A DNA stretch of 54,168 nt from Planctomycetota bacterium (GTDB taxonomy: Bacteria; Planctomycetota; MHYJ01; JACQXL01; CAKKQI01): assembly GCA_030633885.1 (NCBI GenBank), contig DAOWBV010000001.1, forward strand, positions 1-54,168. The letters run 5' to 3'. Made by a program: the position numbers and the translations under genes. Numbering within the stretch: the stretch's first letter is position 1; each line of letters begins with the position of its first letter. Of the stretch, positions 11,069 to 19,540 are shown piece after piece. The notes under the pieces were generated by a model, which saw only the letters and a program-made list of their open reading frames with translations, did no database searches and was not told the origin of the DNA.

Positions 11069-11497
11069 TTACTTAATCTCAATTTTGGCGCCGGACGCTT
11101 CCAAGTCTTTTTTGATCTTTTCCGCTTCTTCTTTAGGAAGGCCTGTTTTTACTGGTTGGGGAGCACCGTCAACCAAAGCCTTGGCTTCTTTCAAACCGAG
11201 ACTGGTCACGACACGAACCACTTTAATGACCTGAATTTTATTAGCGCCGATCTCTTTAAGGACGACGTCGAAGGTTGTCTTCTCTTCCTGGGCAGGCGCG
11301 GCTTCACCACCGGCTCCGGCCGCTCCGACGGCCATCATGGGCATCGCTGCGGTCACTTCAAATTTTTCTTCGAAAGCTTTCACGAAGTCTTTCAACCATA
11401 ATACGCTGGATTGGCTGATGACTCCCAATAATAACTCATTACGTTCTTCGTCTTTTAAACCTTTAATACTTTCGGTTAATTCGACTACGGTTGGCAT
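11069..11497 (-). CDS. rplL: 50S ribosomal protein L7/L12
   Basis: 142-aa ORF with the [14 protein letters not shown] dimerisation helix, an Ala/Gly/Glu hinge and the C-terminal domain [27 protein letters not shown]...AKIEIK. A strong GAGGAGGGGG RBS is present. It has about 17 extra N-terminal residues compared with typical L12. Confidence 0.92.
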   Translation of the reverse strand: MPTVVELTESIKGLKDEERNELLLGVISQSSVLWLKDFVKAFEEKFEVTAAMPMMAVGAAGAGGEAAPAQEEKTTFDVVLKEIGANKIQVIKVVRVVTSLGLKEAKALVDGAPQPVKTGLPKEEAEKIKKDLEASGAKIEIK

Positions 11498-11548
11498 AGT
11501 TTCCCCCTCCTCTGTATTCTTAATTTATCATAAATATAGAAACCCGTA

Positions 11549-11577
11549 ATTTAATCATAGGGTTCCCAAGAAGTCAA
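11549..11577 (-). promoter_or_regulatory. candidate sigma70-type promoter for rplL-rpoB-rpoC
   Basis: On the minus strand, TTGACT (11577-11572), a 17-nt spacer and TTAAAT (11554-11549) lie about 50 nt upstream of the rplL ATG. Confidence 0.35.
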
Positions 11578-11691
11578 GAAAAAAATAAAAAAATAGCGGA
11601 ATTTTTTGGAGGGTCCGGAACGGCCCCGGAAACCGACTGGGGAAGGAATAACCGCTGATTTTCCCGAACTTAACCCGGCAACCCAGCGGGC

Positions 11692-12438
11692 TTACTGATT
11701 TTCCAGTAATTGTTCAGGCGGAACGTTCTTGATCACCCGGGCCGGAACGCCTACCACCACCTTACGCGCCGGTACGTCTTTGTTCACGATCGAGCCGGCC
11801 CCGACTAAACCGTCCTCACCGATGGTCACCCCCGGCATAATGGTCGCGTTCGCGCCCACCCGGGCCCCTTTGAGCATGGTGACACCCTTATGATACTTAA
11901 AACGCTCCTTAGTCCGGGCCAGAAAATTATCATTAGTAAAAGTAACTTCTGGCGCCACAAAACAATTGTCCCCAATACTGGATAAAGCGCAAATGTAAGC
12001 CTCAGTCTCGATCTTGCATTTGACCCCGACCGAAGTTTTATTTTCAATCGTCGCCCCGCGACCGATGATCGTGTAATCACCAATAGTTACGTCTTCCCGG
12101 ACCGTAGCCATGTCAGCCACCAACACGTAAGGCCCGATCTTGGCCCCGGCATAAATAATTACACTCGCCCCGACAATCGCTTTCTGCCCGATCTCCACCG
12201 GAGGTAAAGCCTCGGTCGAACCACCGATTGCCGAAAGAGCCGCTTTCATCGGACGCTTACCGATTACCGTATGCTCATCGATCCGGACATTATCTCCGAT
12301 AATACTCCCCTCGCGAATAATCACCTGATGACCGATCTGGCAACCTTTTCCGATCTTCACGTTACCCTCAATGATGATCATTTCGCCCAGTTTCGTATCT
12401 TTCCCGATCACCGACGAAGAATCAATAATATTAGACAT
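11692..12438 (-). CDS. left-handed beta-helix (hexapeptide repeat) N-acetyltransferase, WbpD/WlbB-like
   Basis: 248-aa ORF made of imperfect hexapeptide repeats ([LIV]G..) throughout. It is adjacent to a Gfo/Idh/MocA oxidoreductase, as in UDP-sugar modification loci. Confidence 0.75.
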   Translation of the reverse strand: MSNIIDSSSVIGKDTKLGEMIIIEGNVKIGKGCQIGHQVIIREGSIIGDNVRIDEHTVIGKRPMKAALSAIGGSTEALPPVEIGQKAIVGASVIIYAGAKIGPYVLVADMATVREDVTIGDYTIIGRGATIENKTSVGVKCKIETEAYICALSSIGDNCFVAPEVTFTNDNFLARTKERFKYHKGVTMLKGARVGANATIMPGVTIGEDGLVGAGSIVNKDVPARKVVVGVPARVIKNVPPEQLLENQ

Positions 12439-12468
12439 TTTTTTACCTTTAAATTTTCATTTTGAAAT

Positions 12469-13473
12469 TCAGACTCTTACCGGTACCCCTCCCTGATCCA
12501 ACGACTTCTGCGCCGCGTTCAGTATCTTCACCACCTGCAATCCGGCTTCGCCGTCGGTTAACGGGGTTTTACCATCCTTAATACAATCAAGGAAATGCTG
12601 ACATTCGGTCTTTAACGGCTCAACCATTTTCAAGGCCGGGATTAACAGGTCCCCGAACCGCAAACTCAGGTATTCCGCGTAGGTCTCGTAACCCGGCACC
12701 TTTTCCACACCCTTGTCATAAATCTTAATCTTGTCCGCGGCCTCCATATCGTCAAAAACCACCATCTTCTTTGAACCAACCACGGTTAATTTCCGTTCCT
12801 TGTGGGGATCCAACCAACTCAGATGTACGTGGGCCATTTTTTTGTTCGGGAACTCCAAGTTAACGAAAACCACATCGGCGATCTTATTCTGCAGATAGTC
12901 CTCGCCGCGGGCGGTCACACTCACCGGTTCCTCACCCAGCAGATGAAGGATAACCGAAAGATCATGGGGAGCGAACGACCAGAGCGCGTTCTCGTCCTGA
13001 CGAATCTTGCCCAGGTTCACTCGCTGACAATAAATGTAATACAGGTCCCCGATCTCTTTTTTATCGATCAGTTCTTTCATTTTCGCCACCGCCGAGTGAA
13101 AAATCAACAGATGGCCGACCATCAAAACCTTTTTCTTTTTCTTGGCCAACTTAACCAGGTCCTCCGCGTCGCTTACTTTTAAGGTCAGCGGTTTTTCCAC
13201 GAAGACGTGTTTATCCGCATCCAGCGCCGCTTTGGCCAACGGATAATGACTAACGGCTGAAGAGCAAATGACCACCGCGTCGATTTTCGGGTCCTTGAAA
13301 ATGTCGTCGGCGTTCCTGGTCACTTGCAAATTCGGGTAGGTGTCCTTGACGTATTTCAGTCGTTTATCATCCTGGTCGCAACAAATGGAAAAATTCGCGT
13401 CCGGCAGTTGACTGAAATTACGAATATGGTTTTTTCCCCAGGCGCCCGCTCCGATGACAGCAACGTTAATCAT
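12469..13473 (-). CDS. Gfo/Idh/MocA family NAD-dependent oxidoreductase (WbpB-like sugar-nucleotide dehydrogenase)
   Basis: 334-aa ORF with the N-terminal Rossmann motif MINVAVIGAGAWGKNH, EKPL at the end of the NAD domain, and a C-terminal Gfo/Idh/MocA-type domain. Confidence 0.8.
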   Translation of the reverse strand: MINVAVIGAGAWGKNHIRNFSQLPDANFSICCDQDDKRLKYVKDTYPNLQVTRNADDIFKDPKIDAVVICSSAVSHYPLAKAALDADKHVFVEKPLTLKVSDAEDLVKLAKKKKKVLMVGHLLIFHSAVAKMKELIDKKEIGDLYYIYCQRVNLGKIRQDENALWSFAPHDLSVILHLLGEEPVSVTARGEDYLQNKIADVVFVNLEFPNKKMAHVHLSWLDPHKERKLTVVGSKKMVVFDDMEAADKIKIYDKGVEKVPGYETYAEYLSLRFGDLLIPALKMVEPLKTECQHFLDCIKDGKTPLTDGEAGLQVVKILNAAQKSLDQGGVPVRV

Positions 13474-13502
13474 GATATACCTCGTCTAAAATTATGGGCT
13501 TA

Positions 13503-13623
13503 GGTTTCGTTTGCGGTTGCGTAGCGTCCATCGGTTTCGGTTGGGGAATCGTCCAAACGAAACCCTTTTGCCAAACCGACCTACCTGCCGACAGGTACTC
13601 AACCGAAACCCAACCCGCAACCG
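13503..13623. repeat. cluster of interleaved inverted repeats in a divergent intergenic region
   Basis: GGTTTCGTTTG (13503-13) pairs with CAAACGAAACC (13554-64). GGTTTCGGTTG (13533-43) pairs with CAACCGAAACC (13600-10). CGGTTGCG (13514-21) pairs with CGCAACCG (13616-23). TACCTG-ccga-CAGGTA lies at 13582-97. The perfect partners are interleaved rather than nested. Confidence 0.8.
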
Positions 13624-13703
13624 ATTCTTTTATTAATGATATTCGTGTTAAAAGTTTAATTATATTATCACTTTTTCCCGCTTTGACAAGAAAAATTTAA
13701 AAA

Positions 13704-13731
13704 TTGACATGAGTTTAAAAAATAGTAGAAT
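13704..13731 (+). promoter_or_regulatory. candidate sigma70-type promoter for the IMPase gene
   Basis: TTGACA (13704-09), a 16-nt spacer and TAGAAT (13726-31). If used, transcription would start at about 13738, next to the internal ATG ATG at 13739-44. That would imply a near-leaderless mRNA and a start 10 codons downstream of the longest ORF. Confidence 0.3.
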
Positions 13732-14587
13732 CACGTTGATGATGCAAAATAATTCTCTTCGTCCCTATCTGAAATTCGCTCAAACCATTGCCCGACAAGC
13801 GGGTAAAAATCTCCACCGAATTATCCAAAAAAAGAATCGGATCGTGGCTTTTAAGGAAAGCTCGACCGACTTGGTAACCGAAGCGGACCGGTTAACGGAA
13901 AAATTTCTGATAAAAAAAATAAGATCTCGTTACCCCGACCACACGATCATCTCCGAAGAGAGCGCCGGTTCGCTTAACCAAAAAAGTTCGCACGCGGAGT
14001 TCAAATGGGTGTTGGATCCGCTGGACGGGACGACCAATTACGCCCATCAATACCCCTGTTACGCGGTCTCCATCGCCCTGTTAAAAGGCAACGAGCCCAT
14101 AATGGGCGTAGTTTATAATCCGAATCTGGATGAACTGTTCTACGGAACTAAAAATGGCGGTTCATTCCTGAACGGTCGGCGCCTGCGCATTTCCCGGGTA
14201 AAAAAACTGGTCCGGAGTTTCCTGGCGACAGGTTTTTCCTATGACCTGAAAACCAACCCGGGGAGAACATTTGTTTACTTCAAAAAATTCTGTCTTTCGG
14301 CCCAGGCCCTGCGTCGGGCCGGGTCAGCTGCTTTGGACCTGTGCTACCTGGCCGCCGGCCGGTTCGATGGGTTCTGGGAACGGGATCTCCATATCTGGGA
14401 TGTGGCCGCGGCCCAGGTGATCCTGGAAGAGGCGGGCGGGAAATTGACCCATTGGAACGGAAAAAAATATATCCTTGACCTGCCGAAAACAAATAACAGA
14501 AAAAAATACGAGGGAAAACAAACAAACGGCAGTCTGGCAAGTAATGGTTACATCCATAAGCAGATGATGCGGGTACTCAAGAAGTAG
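13709..14587 (+). CDS. suhB: inositol monophosphatase family protein (SuhB-like)
   Basis: 292-aa ORF with the IMPase motifs EESAG, WVLDPLDGTTNYAH and a WD.AA metal/substrate motif. The start may be the ATG at 13739. Confidence 0.85.
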   Translation: MSLKNSRITLMMQNNSLRPYLKFAQTIARQAGKNLHRIIQKKNRIVAFKESSTDLVTEADRLTEKFLIKKIRSRYPDHTIISEESAGSLNQKSSHAEFKWVLDPLDGTTNYAHQYPCYAVSIALLKGNEPIMGVVYNPNLDELFYGTKNGGSFLNGRRLRISRVKKLVRSFLATGFSYDLKTNPGRTFVYFKKFCLSAQALRRAGSAALDLCYLAAGRFDGFWERDLHIWDVAAAQVILEEAGGKLTHWNGKKYILDLPKTNNRKKYEGKQTNGSLASNGYIHKQMMRVLKK

Positions 14588-14635
14588 CTGCGACCCTTAC
14601 GGTCGCTTCGAAGCGGGGTCAAGCCCCGCAGCTAC
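14584..14635. repeat. REPIN-like doublet (two inverted REP-like hairpins with GTAG heads)
   Basis: GTAGCTGCG-ACC-cttac-GGT-CGC, a ttcgaa spacer, then GCG-GGG-tcaag-CCC-CGCAGCTAC. The two halves are inverted copies of GTAGCTGCG(NNN)CTT(NN)(NNN)CGC. The repeat overlaps the suhB stop codon (TAG 14585-87). Confidence 0.7.
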
Positions 14636-14663
14636 GACCTTCTTGGAATAATGGAATAGTCAA

Positions 14664-16034
14664 ATGATTAAAAAAGAAGTCATCAAAGAAATAAAGAAGA
14701 TCCTCGGAAATGAGAACGTGCTGGAAACGCCGGAAGACCGGTTAACGCATTCTTACGACGCTTCCCGTCAGTCGGCCGAACCGGACCTGGTGATCAAACC
14801 CGGGACCGCTGAAGAAATCTCAGCCCTTTTGAAATTAGCTTCCGAGCATAATATTCCGATGGTCCCGCGCGGGGCCGGGAGCGGACTGACCGGCGGCTCA
14901 GTCCCGGTGAAAGGCGGTATCGTGGTCGATCTGGCCCGGATGGACCGGATCATAAGTATCAGCCAGGAAGACCTGATGGCCGTGGTTGAGCCCGGAGTAG
15001 TCGCGTCTGACCTCCAGAAAAAACTGGAAGCCCGGGGACTTTTTTACCCGCCGGACCCGGCCAGCGCTGAATTCTGTACGATCGGCGGAAATGTGGCTGA
15101 ATGCGCCGGTGGATTGCGCTGTATCAAATACGGAGTTACCCGCGATTATGTCATGGGATTGGAAGTTGTCCTGCCGAACGGAGAGATCATCCATACCGGC
15201 AGTCACACTCTGAAAAGCGTCACCGGTTATGACCTGACGCGCCTTTTTGTCGGCTCGGAAGGCACGCTGGGTATCTTTACCCGAATTACGCTCCGCCTGA
15301 TCCCGAAACCGCAAAAGATCGAGACGATCCTGTCTTTTTTTGATGACCCGGCCAAAGCCCTAAACGTCACGACCAAAATTATGGAGTTAGGTATTCTGCC
15401 CCGGGCGCTGGAGTTCATGGACGAATCATCGATCAAGGCCGTGCAAAATTATTCGCAAGAATTTAAATTACCAACCGGGACACGTTCCCTCCTGCTGATC
15501 GAAGTGGACGGGGAACCTTCGGAAGTAACCAGCCAGGCGAAAAAGATCGTTGCTTATCTGGAAAAAGCGGATACGATCAAAACGATGCGAGCCAAAGACG
15601 AAGCTGAAGCGCAGTATCTCTGGTCCATCCGAAAAATCATTTCGCCCGCCCTCTATTCCATCACCGCCAAAAAAATCAGTGAAGATATCAGTTTGCCCCG
15701 GACTCAACTAGTCCCGATGCTCGAATCGATCCGCCGGATCGAATCTACTTATAATATCCCCATGGCCTCTTTCGGACACGCCGGTGACGGCAACCTGCAC
15801 GTGAATTTTCTTGTTTCCACCAGCGAGCAGGAAAACAAACTGCCCGGAGCGATTAAAGAACTTTTCGCCTCAACCATGAAACTTAAAGGCACTTTGAGCG
15901 GCGAGCACGGGATCGGCCTGACTAAAGCACATTATCTGGAAATGGAAATACCGCCGACAGAACTGAAGTTAATGAAGGAAATAAAAAAATTATTCGACCC
16001 GAAAGATATCATGAATCCGGGAAAGATATTCTAA
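14664..16034 (+). CDS. FAD-linked oxidase (GlcD / D-lactate dehydrogenase family)
   Basis: 456-aa ORF with an FAD-binding PCMH domain (VVPRGAGSGLTGGSVP) and a C-terminal FAD-oxidase domain ending SGEHGIGL.K...L.......LM..IK..FDP..IMNPGK. Confidence 0.88.
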   Translation: MIKKEVIKEIKKILGNENVLETPEDRLTHSYDASRQSAEPDLVIKPGTAEEISALLKLASEHNIPMVPRGAGSGLTGGSVPVKGGIVVDLARMDRIISISQEDLMAVVEPGVVASDLQKKLEARGLFYPPDPASAEFCTIGGNVAECAGGLRCIKYGVTRDYVMGLEVVLPNGEIIHTGSHTLKSVTGYDLTRLFVGSEGTLGIFTRITLRLIPKPQKIETILSFFDDPAKALNVTTKIMELGILPRALEFMDESSIKAVQNYSQEFKLPTGTRSLLLIEVDGEPSEVTSQAKKIVAYLEKADTIKTMRAKDEAEAQYLWSIRKIISPALYSITAKKISEDISLPRTQLVPMLESIRRIESTYNIPMASFGHAGDGNLHVNFLVSTSEQENKLPGAIKELFASTMKLKGTLSGEHGIGLTKAHYLEMEIPPTELKLMKEIKKLFDPKDIMNPGKIF

Positions 16035-16050
16035 ACGCGTCATGGGTCGT

Positions 16051-16137
16051 GTCCGCCAGAGGCGGATCCGTCCTTTCCGCCAGAGGACGGATCAGTCCTT
16101 CGGCTGATGGCGGACATCCCCGTGGCAAGTCACGGGG
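16051..16137. repeat. nested palindromic repeat complex
   Basis: Outer stem GTCCGCCA (16051-58) with TGGCGGAC (16108-15). Inner stem GGATCCGTCC (16064-73) with GGACGGATC (16085-93). ATCAG...CTGAT at 16091-16108. CCCCGTG-gcaagt-CACGGGG at 16118-37. The 11-nt direct repeat TCCGCCAGAGG occurs at 16052-62 and 16076-86. Confidence 0.8.
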
Positions 16138-16190
16138 TATTCGGGCGAAGGCAAATCAATCGTTTACCTCAAGACCTCGAAAAGATTGCG

Positions 16191-17453
16191 ATGAGTACAA
16201 TTAAAAAAAAACTGTTGAGCGAATTAGATAAATGCGCCCGCTGCGGGGCCTGCCGGGCGGTCTGCCCGATATTCAAAGACCTCTCGAACGAATCCCTGGT
16301 CGCCCGCGGTCGGCTGGCCCTGATCAAAGCCGCGCTCGAGAACGATCTAACCGTTAGCCGACACCTGACCAAAATCGTTGATTGCTGTCTCCTGTGTCTG
16401 CGCTGTCGGGAAAACTGTCCTTCCCTGGTCGATACGGGCAAGGTGATCCAATCGGCCCGGAACTGGCTGGCGAATAAACGGGGATTACCCCTGCCGATGC
16501 GCTTCGGGTTTCGGATGGTCCTACCGCACAAAAAAATATACGATTTTTTTATGGGCGTATTCCGGTTAGGGCAAAAATTATTCTTCTGGAGAAAGATCAA
16601 ACCTTCAGGAAAAACCTTGAGGCATATCCCTTTTGTTTTTTTGAATCTGTTCACCCTGAGCACCCACGTGCCGCGACTCCGATCCAAACCGGGCCTGCAA
16701 ATTTTACCGGGCAGTTTCCGGGGACGGAAAAAATTAAAAGTCGCTATTTTCAGCGGGTGCCTGAACAATTATGTTTATCCGCAGATCCTGGAAGCAACCA
16801 TCGACGTCCTTAAAAAATCCGGCATTTCTTTTATTTTACCCAGGGAACAATTATGCTGCGGCACCCCGGCCCTGGTCTACGGCGATACAGCTACCGCCCG
16901 GCGTCTGGCCATCAAAAATATCAGGGCCCTGCAGCCGGAAAAAGTCGATGTTGTCCTGACTGCCTGCTCCAGTTGCGGCCGCATGCTGAAAGATGAATAC
17001 CCCGCTCTGTACCGTGGCCAATCTGATACAGGGCGACTCGTCCAACATTTAAAAAATAAAGTCATGGACGTCATGGAATTCCTCAAGAAATATACTGATC
17101 ATCCTCTGGCGAAACAATCAGTCAGCACGACCTATCATGTCCCCTGCCATGCGATCTGGAACAAGTCCGCTGAATTGACCAGATCGCTCCTGAAAGATAT
17201 TTCTGATTACCGGACAACGGATAAGGAAGACCTGTGCTGCGGCGGTGGTGGCGCGTTCAGTTTCAAATATCAGGAGCTGGGGTTGAGTATCGGCCAGACC
17301 AAGATCGCCTCTTTACTGAAAAATCCCGTTGACCAACTGATCACCGGCTGTCCGGGTTGTATGATGCAACTGACCTGGCTGCTCCAAAAAGCTGGGGCCA
17401 ATCAAATCCGGGTCGCGCACGCGATTGAGTTCTACCGGAATTCTTTAAAGTAA
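16191..17453 (+). CDS. (Fe-S)-binding oxidoreductase with two CCG domains (GlcF/LutA-like partner of the FAD oxidase)
   Basis: Two ferredoxin-type motifs (CARCGACRAVCP and CLLCLRCRENCP) plus CCG motifs (CCGTP, CCGGGG). The longest ORF starts at 16107, but its first 28 codons translate the palindromic repeat. I therefore call the ATG at 16191 (MSTIKKK...). Confidence 0.8.
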   Translation: MSTIKKKLLSELDKCARCGACRAVCPIFKDLSNESLVARGRLALIKAALENDLTVSRHLTKIVDCCLLCLRCRENCPSLVDTGKVIQSARNWLANKRGLPLPMRFGFRMVLPHKKIYDFFMGVFRLGQKLFFWRKIKPSGKTLRHIPFVFLNLFTLSTHVPRLRSKPGLQILPGSFRGRKKLKVAIFSGCLNNYVYPQILEATIDVLKKSGISFILPREQLCCGTPALVYGDTATARRLAIKNIRALQPEKVDVVLTACSSCGRMLKDEYPALYRGQSDTGRLVQHLKNKVMDVMEFLKKYTDHPLAKQSVSTTYHVPCHAIWNKSAELTRSLLKDISDYRTTDKEDLCCGGGGAFSFKYQELGLSIGQTKIASLLKNPVDQLITGCPGCMMQLTWLLQKAGANQIRVAHAIEFYRNSLK

Positions 17454-17502
17454 GTTCGAAAATTCTCTGGTAAATTCGCCAAGGAACCGATATAATAATA
17501 TC

Positions 17503-18855
17503 ATGAAAATTCTTCTATCCGACGACGAAAAAAGCATTGCGATCACCCTTTCAGACGAATTAAAATCCGCCGGACATGAGGTGGTCACATCAGCCGATGG
17601 CAACAAAAGCTGGGACCTGATCCAGAAGACCAATTTTGATTGTATCCTGCTGGACATCAAAATGCCCGGGTTAGACGGATTAGAGCTTCTGAACCGGGTC
17701 AAAAAAATTCAGCCGGACCTGCCGGTGATAATTATTACCGGTTACGGCACGGTAGAATCGGCAGTCGGCGCTATGAAACTCGGAGCGGTTGATTACGTCC
17801 AGAAACCATTCCTGAATGAAGAGATCGTTCTCATCCTGGAAAAGATCCAAAAATTCCAGACCCTGCAAAAAGATTATAACCGATTGAAAGAACAGGTCGA
17901 AGAAAGAACTGAGTTCGGTAACCTGATCGGCAAAAGTAAAAAAATGCAGGCCGTTTACGAGTTGGTGGAAAGCGTCTCCAAAACCGAAGCCGGAATCTTG
18001 ATCCAGGGAGAAAGCGGAACTGGAAAGGAATTGATCGCTGAAGCTATCCATTATAACAGTTTCCGTAAAGAGGAGCCGCTAATCAAGATGAGCTGTTCGG
18101 TCTTTCCGGAAACTTTGATCGAATCAGAACTCTTCGGACACGAAAAAGGCGCCTTCACCGATGCCAAAGGCCAGAAGATCGGCCGGTTCGAAATGGCTAA
18201 TCACGGCACAATCTTTATTGATGATATCGACGATATGTCTCTGACCAGTCAGGTAAAATTACTCCGCGTCCTGCAGGAAAAAGAATTCGAACGGTTAGGC
18301 GGGACCGAGACCATTAAAGTCGATATCCGCATCATCGCCGCCACCAAGACCGACCTTTTATCCCGGGTAAAAGAAAACAAATTCCGGGAAGATCTTTATT
18401 ACCGTTTAAACGTGGTGACCATCAAACTCCCGCCGTTAAGGGAACGGGAAGGCGACATTCTCATGCTCCTCCAGCATTTTGTTCAGAAGCACAGTAAGGA
18501 ACGGGATCGGGAATACATCGTCGATCCGGAAACGCTGATCTCGCTGGATAATTATCCCTGGCCGGGAAATGTGCGAGAATTGGAAAACGCGGTCGAACGG
18601 GCGATCGCCTTGGCCGGCCCGTCCAATGTCCTGAAAAAAGAACATCTCCTCAAACAAAGCGCCCAGCAGGTGGCCCGGGAATCGGAAGAAAAAAACCTGC
18701 TGACCCTAAGCGAAATGCTGGAACAGACCGAGCGCGCCTATATCAAGAAAATCCTGGATCTCTGCCAGGGAAATAAAGGGGAAGTCATTAAGATCCTGAC
18801 GATCAGCCGGAAAAGTCTCTGGGAAAAACTGAAAAAATACGATCTGGAAGAATAA
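17503..18855 (+). CDS. sigma54-dependent response regulator (NtrC/PilR family enhancer-binding protein)
   Basis: 450-aa ORF with a receiver domain (phospho-acceptor D in ILLDIKMPGLDG), an AAA+ sigma54-interaction domain (GESGTGKE, GAFTDA, RVLQEKEFERLGG) and a C-terminal Fis-type HTH. Confidence 0.92.
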   Translation: MKILLSDDEKSIAITLSDELKSAGHEVVTSADGNKSWDLIQKTNFDCILLDIKMPGLDGLELLNRVKKIQPDLPVIIITGYGTVESAVGAMKLGAVDYVQKPFLNEEIVLILEKIQKFQTLQKDYNRLKEQVEERTEFGNLIGKSKKMQAVYELVESVSKTEAGILIQGESGTGKELIAEAIHYNSFRKEEPLIKMSCSVFPETLIESELFGHEKGAFTDAKGQKIGRFEMANHGTIFIDDIDDMSLTSQVKLLRVLQEKEFERLGGTETIKVDIRIIAATKTDLLSRVKENKFREDLYYRLNVVTIKLPPLREREGDILMLLQHFVQKHSKERDREYIVDPETLISLDNYPWPGNVRELENAVERAIALAGPSNVLKKEHLLKQSAQQVARESEEKNLLTLSEMLEQTERAYIKKILDLCQGNKGEVIKILTISRKSLWEKLKKYDLEE

Positions 18856-18867
18856 ATTCCTGCTTAC

Positions 18868-18895
18868 TTGATTTTTCTGATTGCGGTGGTATAAT
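18868..18895 (+). promoter_or_regulatory. candidate sigma70-type promoter of the pseudopilin operon
   Basis: TTGATT (18868-73), a 16-nt spacer and TGgTATAAT, an extended -10 (TATAAT at 18890-95). It lies about 35 nt upstream of the GGAGA RBS and the ATG at 18931. Confidence 0.5.
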
Positions 18896-18930
18896 TTAGA
18901 TAGAGCGCATTATAAATGGAGACGATGACA

Positions 18931-19536
18931 ATGAAAAATAATGGGTTTACCCCGTTAAAGATCAGGAAAATTTTTGCTAAAAGTATTTGGGACCTGGCAA
19001 CTAAACAAACCTTCGTTAGAAACTATACAATGCCGCGGTCGTTCCGGAAGAACGACCTATCTCTAACGGGGTTTACCCTAATCGAACTATTAGTCGTAAT
19101 AGGTATTATTGCCATCCTGGCCGGATTAATTATTCCCAACCTGATCGGCGTCCAGGGCAGCGCGGCCGAAGCTGGCGCCCGGACCGAGATCGCCGGTCTG
19201 GTCGAGGCCCTGACTATGTATGAAATGGATAACGGCGCCTACCCGGCCCACGATTCCAGCTTCTCCAGCCTGGTTCTGATCAACGAACTCAGCGGCGATC
19301 GCAACACGGATCCGCCGAAACCACGTTATTTTTCGTTTAAGAAAAAAAGAATTGAAGACAATTGGTATTACAGTCCCCTGAACTTTCCGTATTTTTATCA
19401 GGAAAACGCGTCAGACCCGGACAACATGACCGGCAAACATCACCCGCCTCATGATCCGGAAACGTTTGACATCTGGACGCGCAGCCGCAAAGATACCAAA
19501 GATGGTCTGAAAGACGGATTAAACAGTTGGAATTAA
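18931..19536 (+). CDS. GspG/PulG-like major pseudopilin with an element-expanded leader
   Basis: The ATG at 18931 lies 7 nt after GGAGA (the longest ORF starts at 18916). It reads MKNNGFT, then a 42-codon in-frame insertion, then GFTLIELLVVIGIIAILAGLIIPNL...EALTMYEMDNGAYP, a class III signal plus GspG-like body. An internal in-frame ATG lies at 19030. Confidence 0.85.
   Translation: MKNNGFTPLKIRKIFAKSIWDLATKQTFVRNYTMPRSFRKNDLSLTGFTLIELLVVIGIIAILAGLIIPNLIGVQGSAAEAGARTEIAGLVEALTMYEMDNGAYPAHDSSFSSLVLINELSGDRNTDPPKPRYFSFKKKRIEDNWYYSPLNFPYFYQENASDPDNMTGKHHPPHDPETFDIWTRSRKDTKDGLKDGLNSWN
18950..19071 (+). mobile_element. MITE-like TIR element, copy inside the pseudopilin 1 leader
   Basis: CCCCGTTAAAGAT (18950-62) and ATCTCTAACGGGG (19059-71), with direct TTTA at 18946-49 and 19072-75. 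Element plus one duplication is 126 nt, which is in frame. The subterminal hairpin is GGTCGTTCC-gga-AGAACGACC. Confidence 0.8.
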
Positions 19537-19540
19537 CCTG

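Noticed and set aside
13494-13700. A 68-aa ORF (MGLGFVCGCVASIGFGWG...) lies in the divergent intergenic region.
   Set aside because: It is a translation of the interleaved palindromic repeats. The repetitive G/F/C-rich peptide mirrors the nucleotide repeats and no RBS is present.
16107-16190. The longest ORF gives the Fe-S subunit a 28-codon N-terminal extension.
   Set aside because: The extension is encoded by the nested palindrome complex. The ATG at 16191 gives a conventional N-terminus.
18856-18930. I looked for a sigma54 (-24 GG / -12 GC) promoter upstream of the pilin operon, next to the PilR-like activator.
   Set aside because: By eye I found no TGGCAC-N5-TTGC-like element, only a sigma70-type TTGATT-16-TATAAT. 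TGGCAA at about 18995 lies inside the inserted element and has no matching -12 box.
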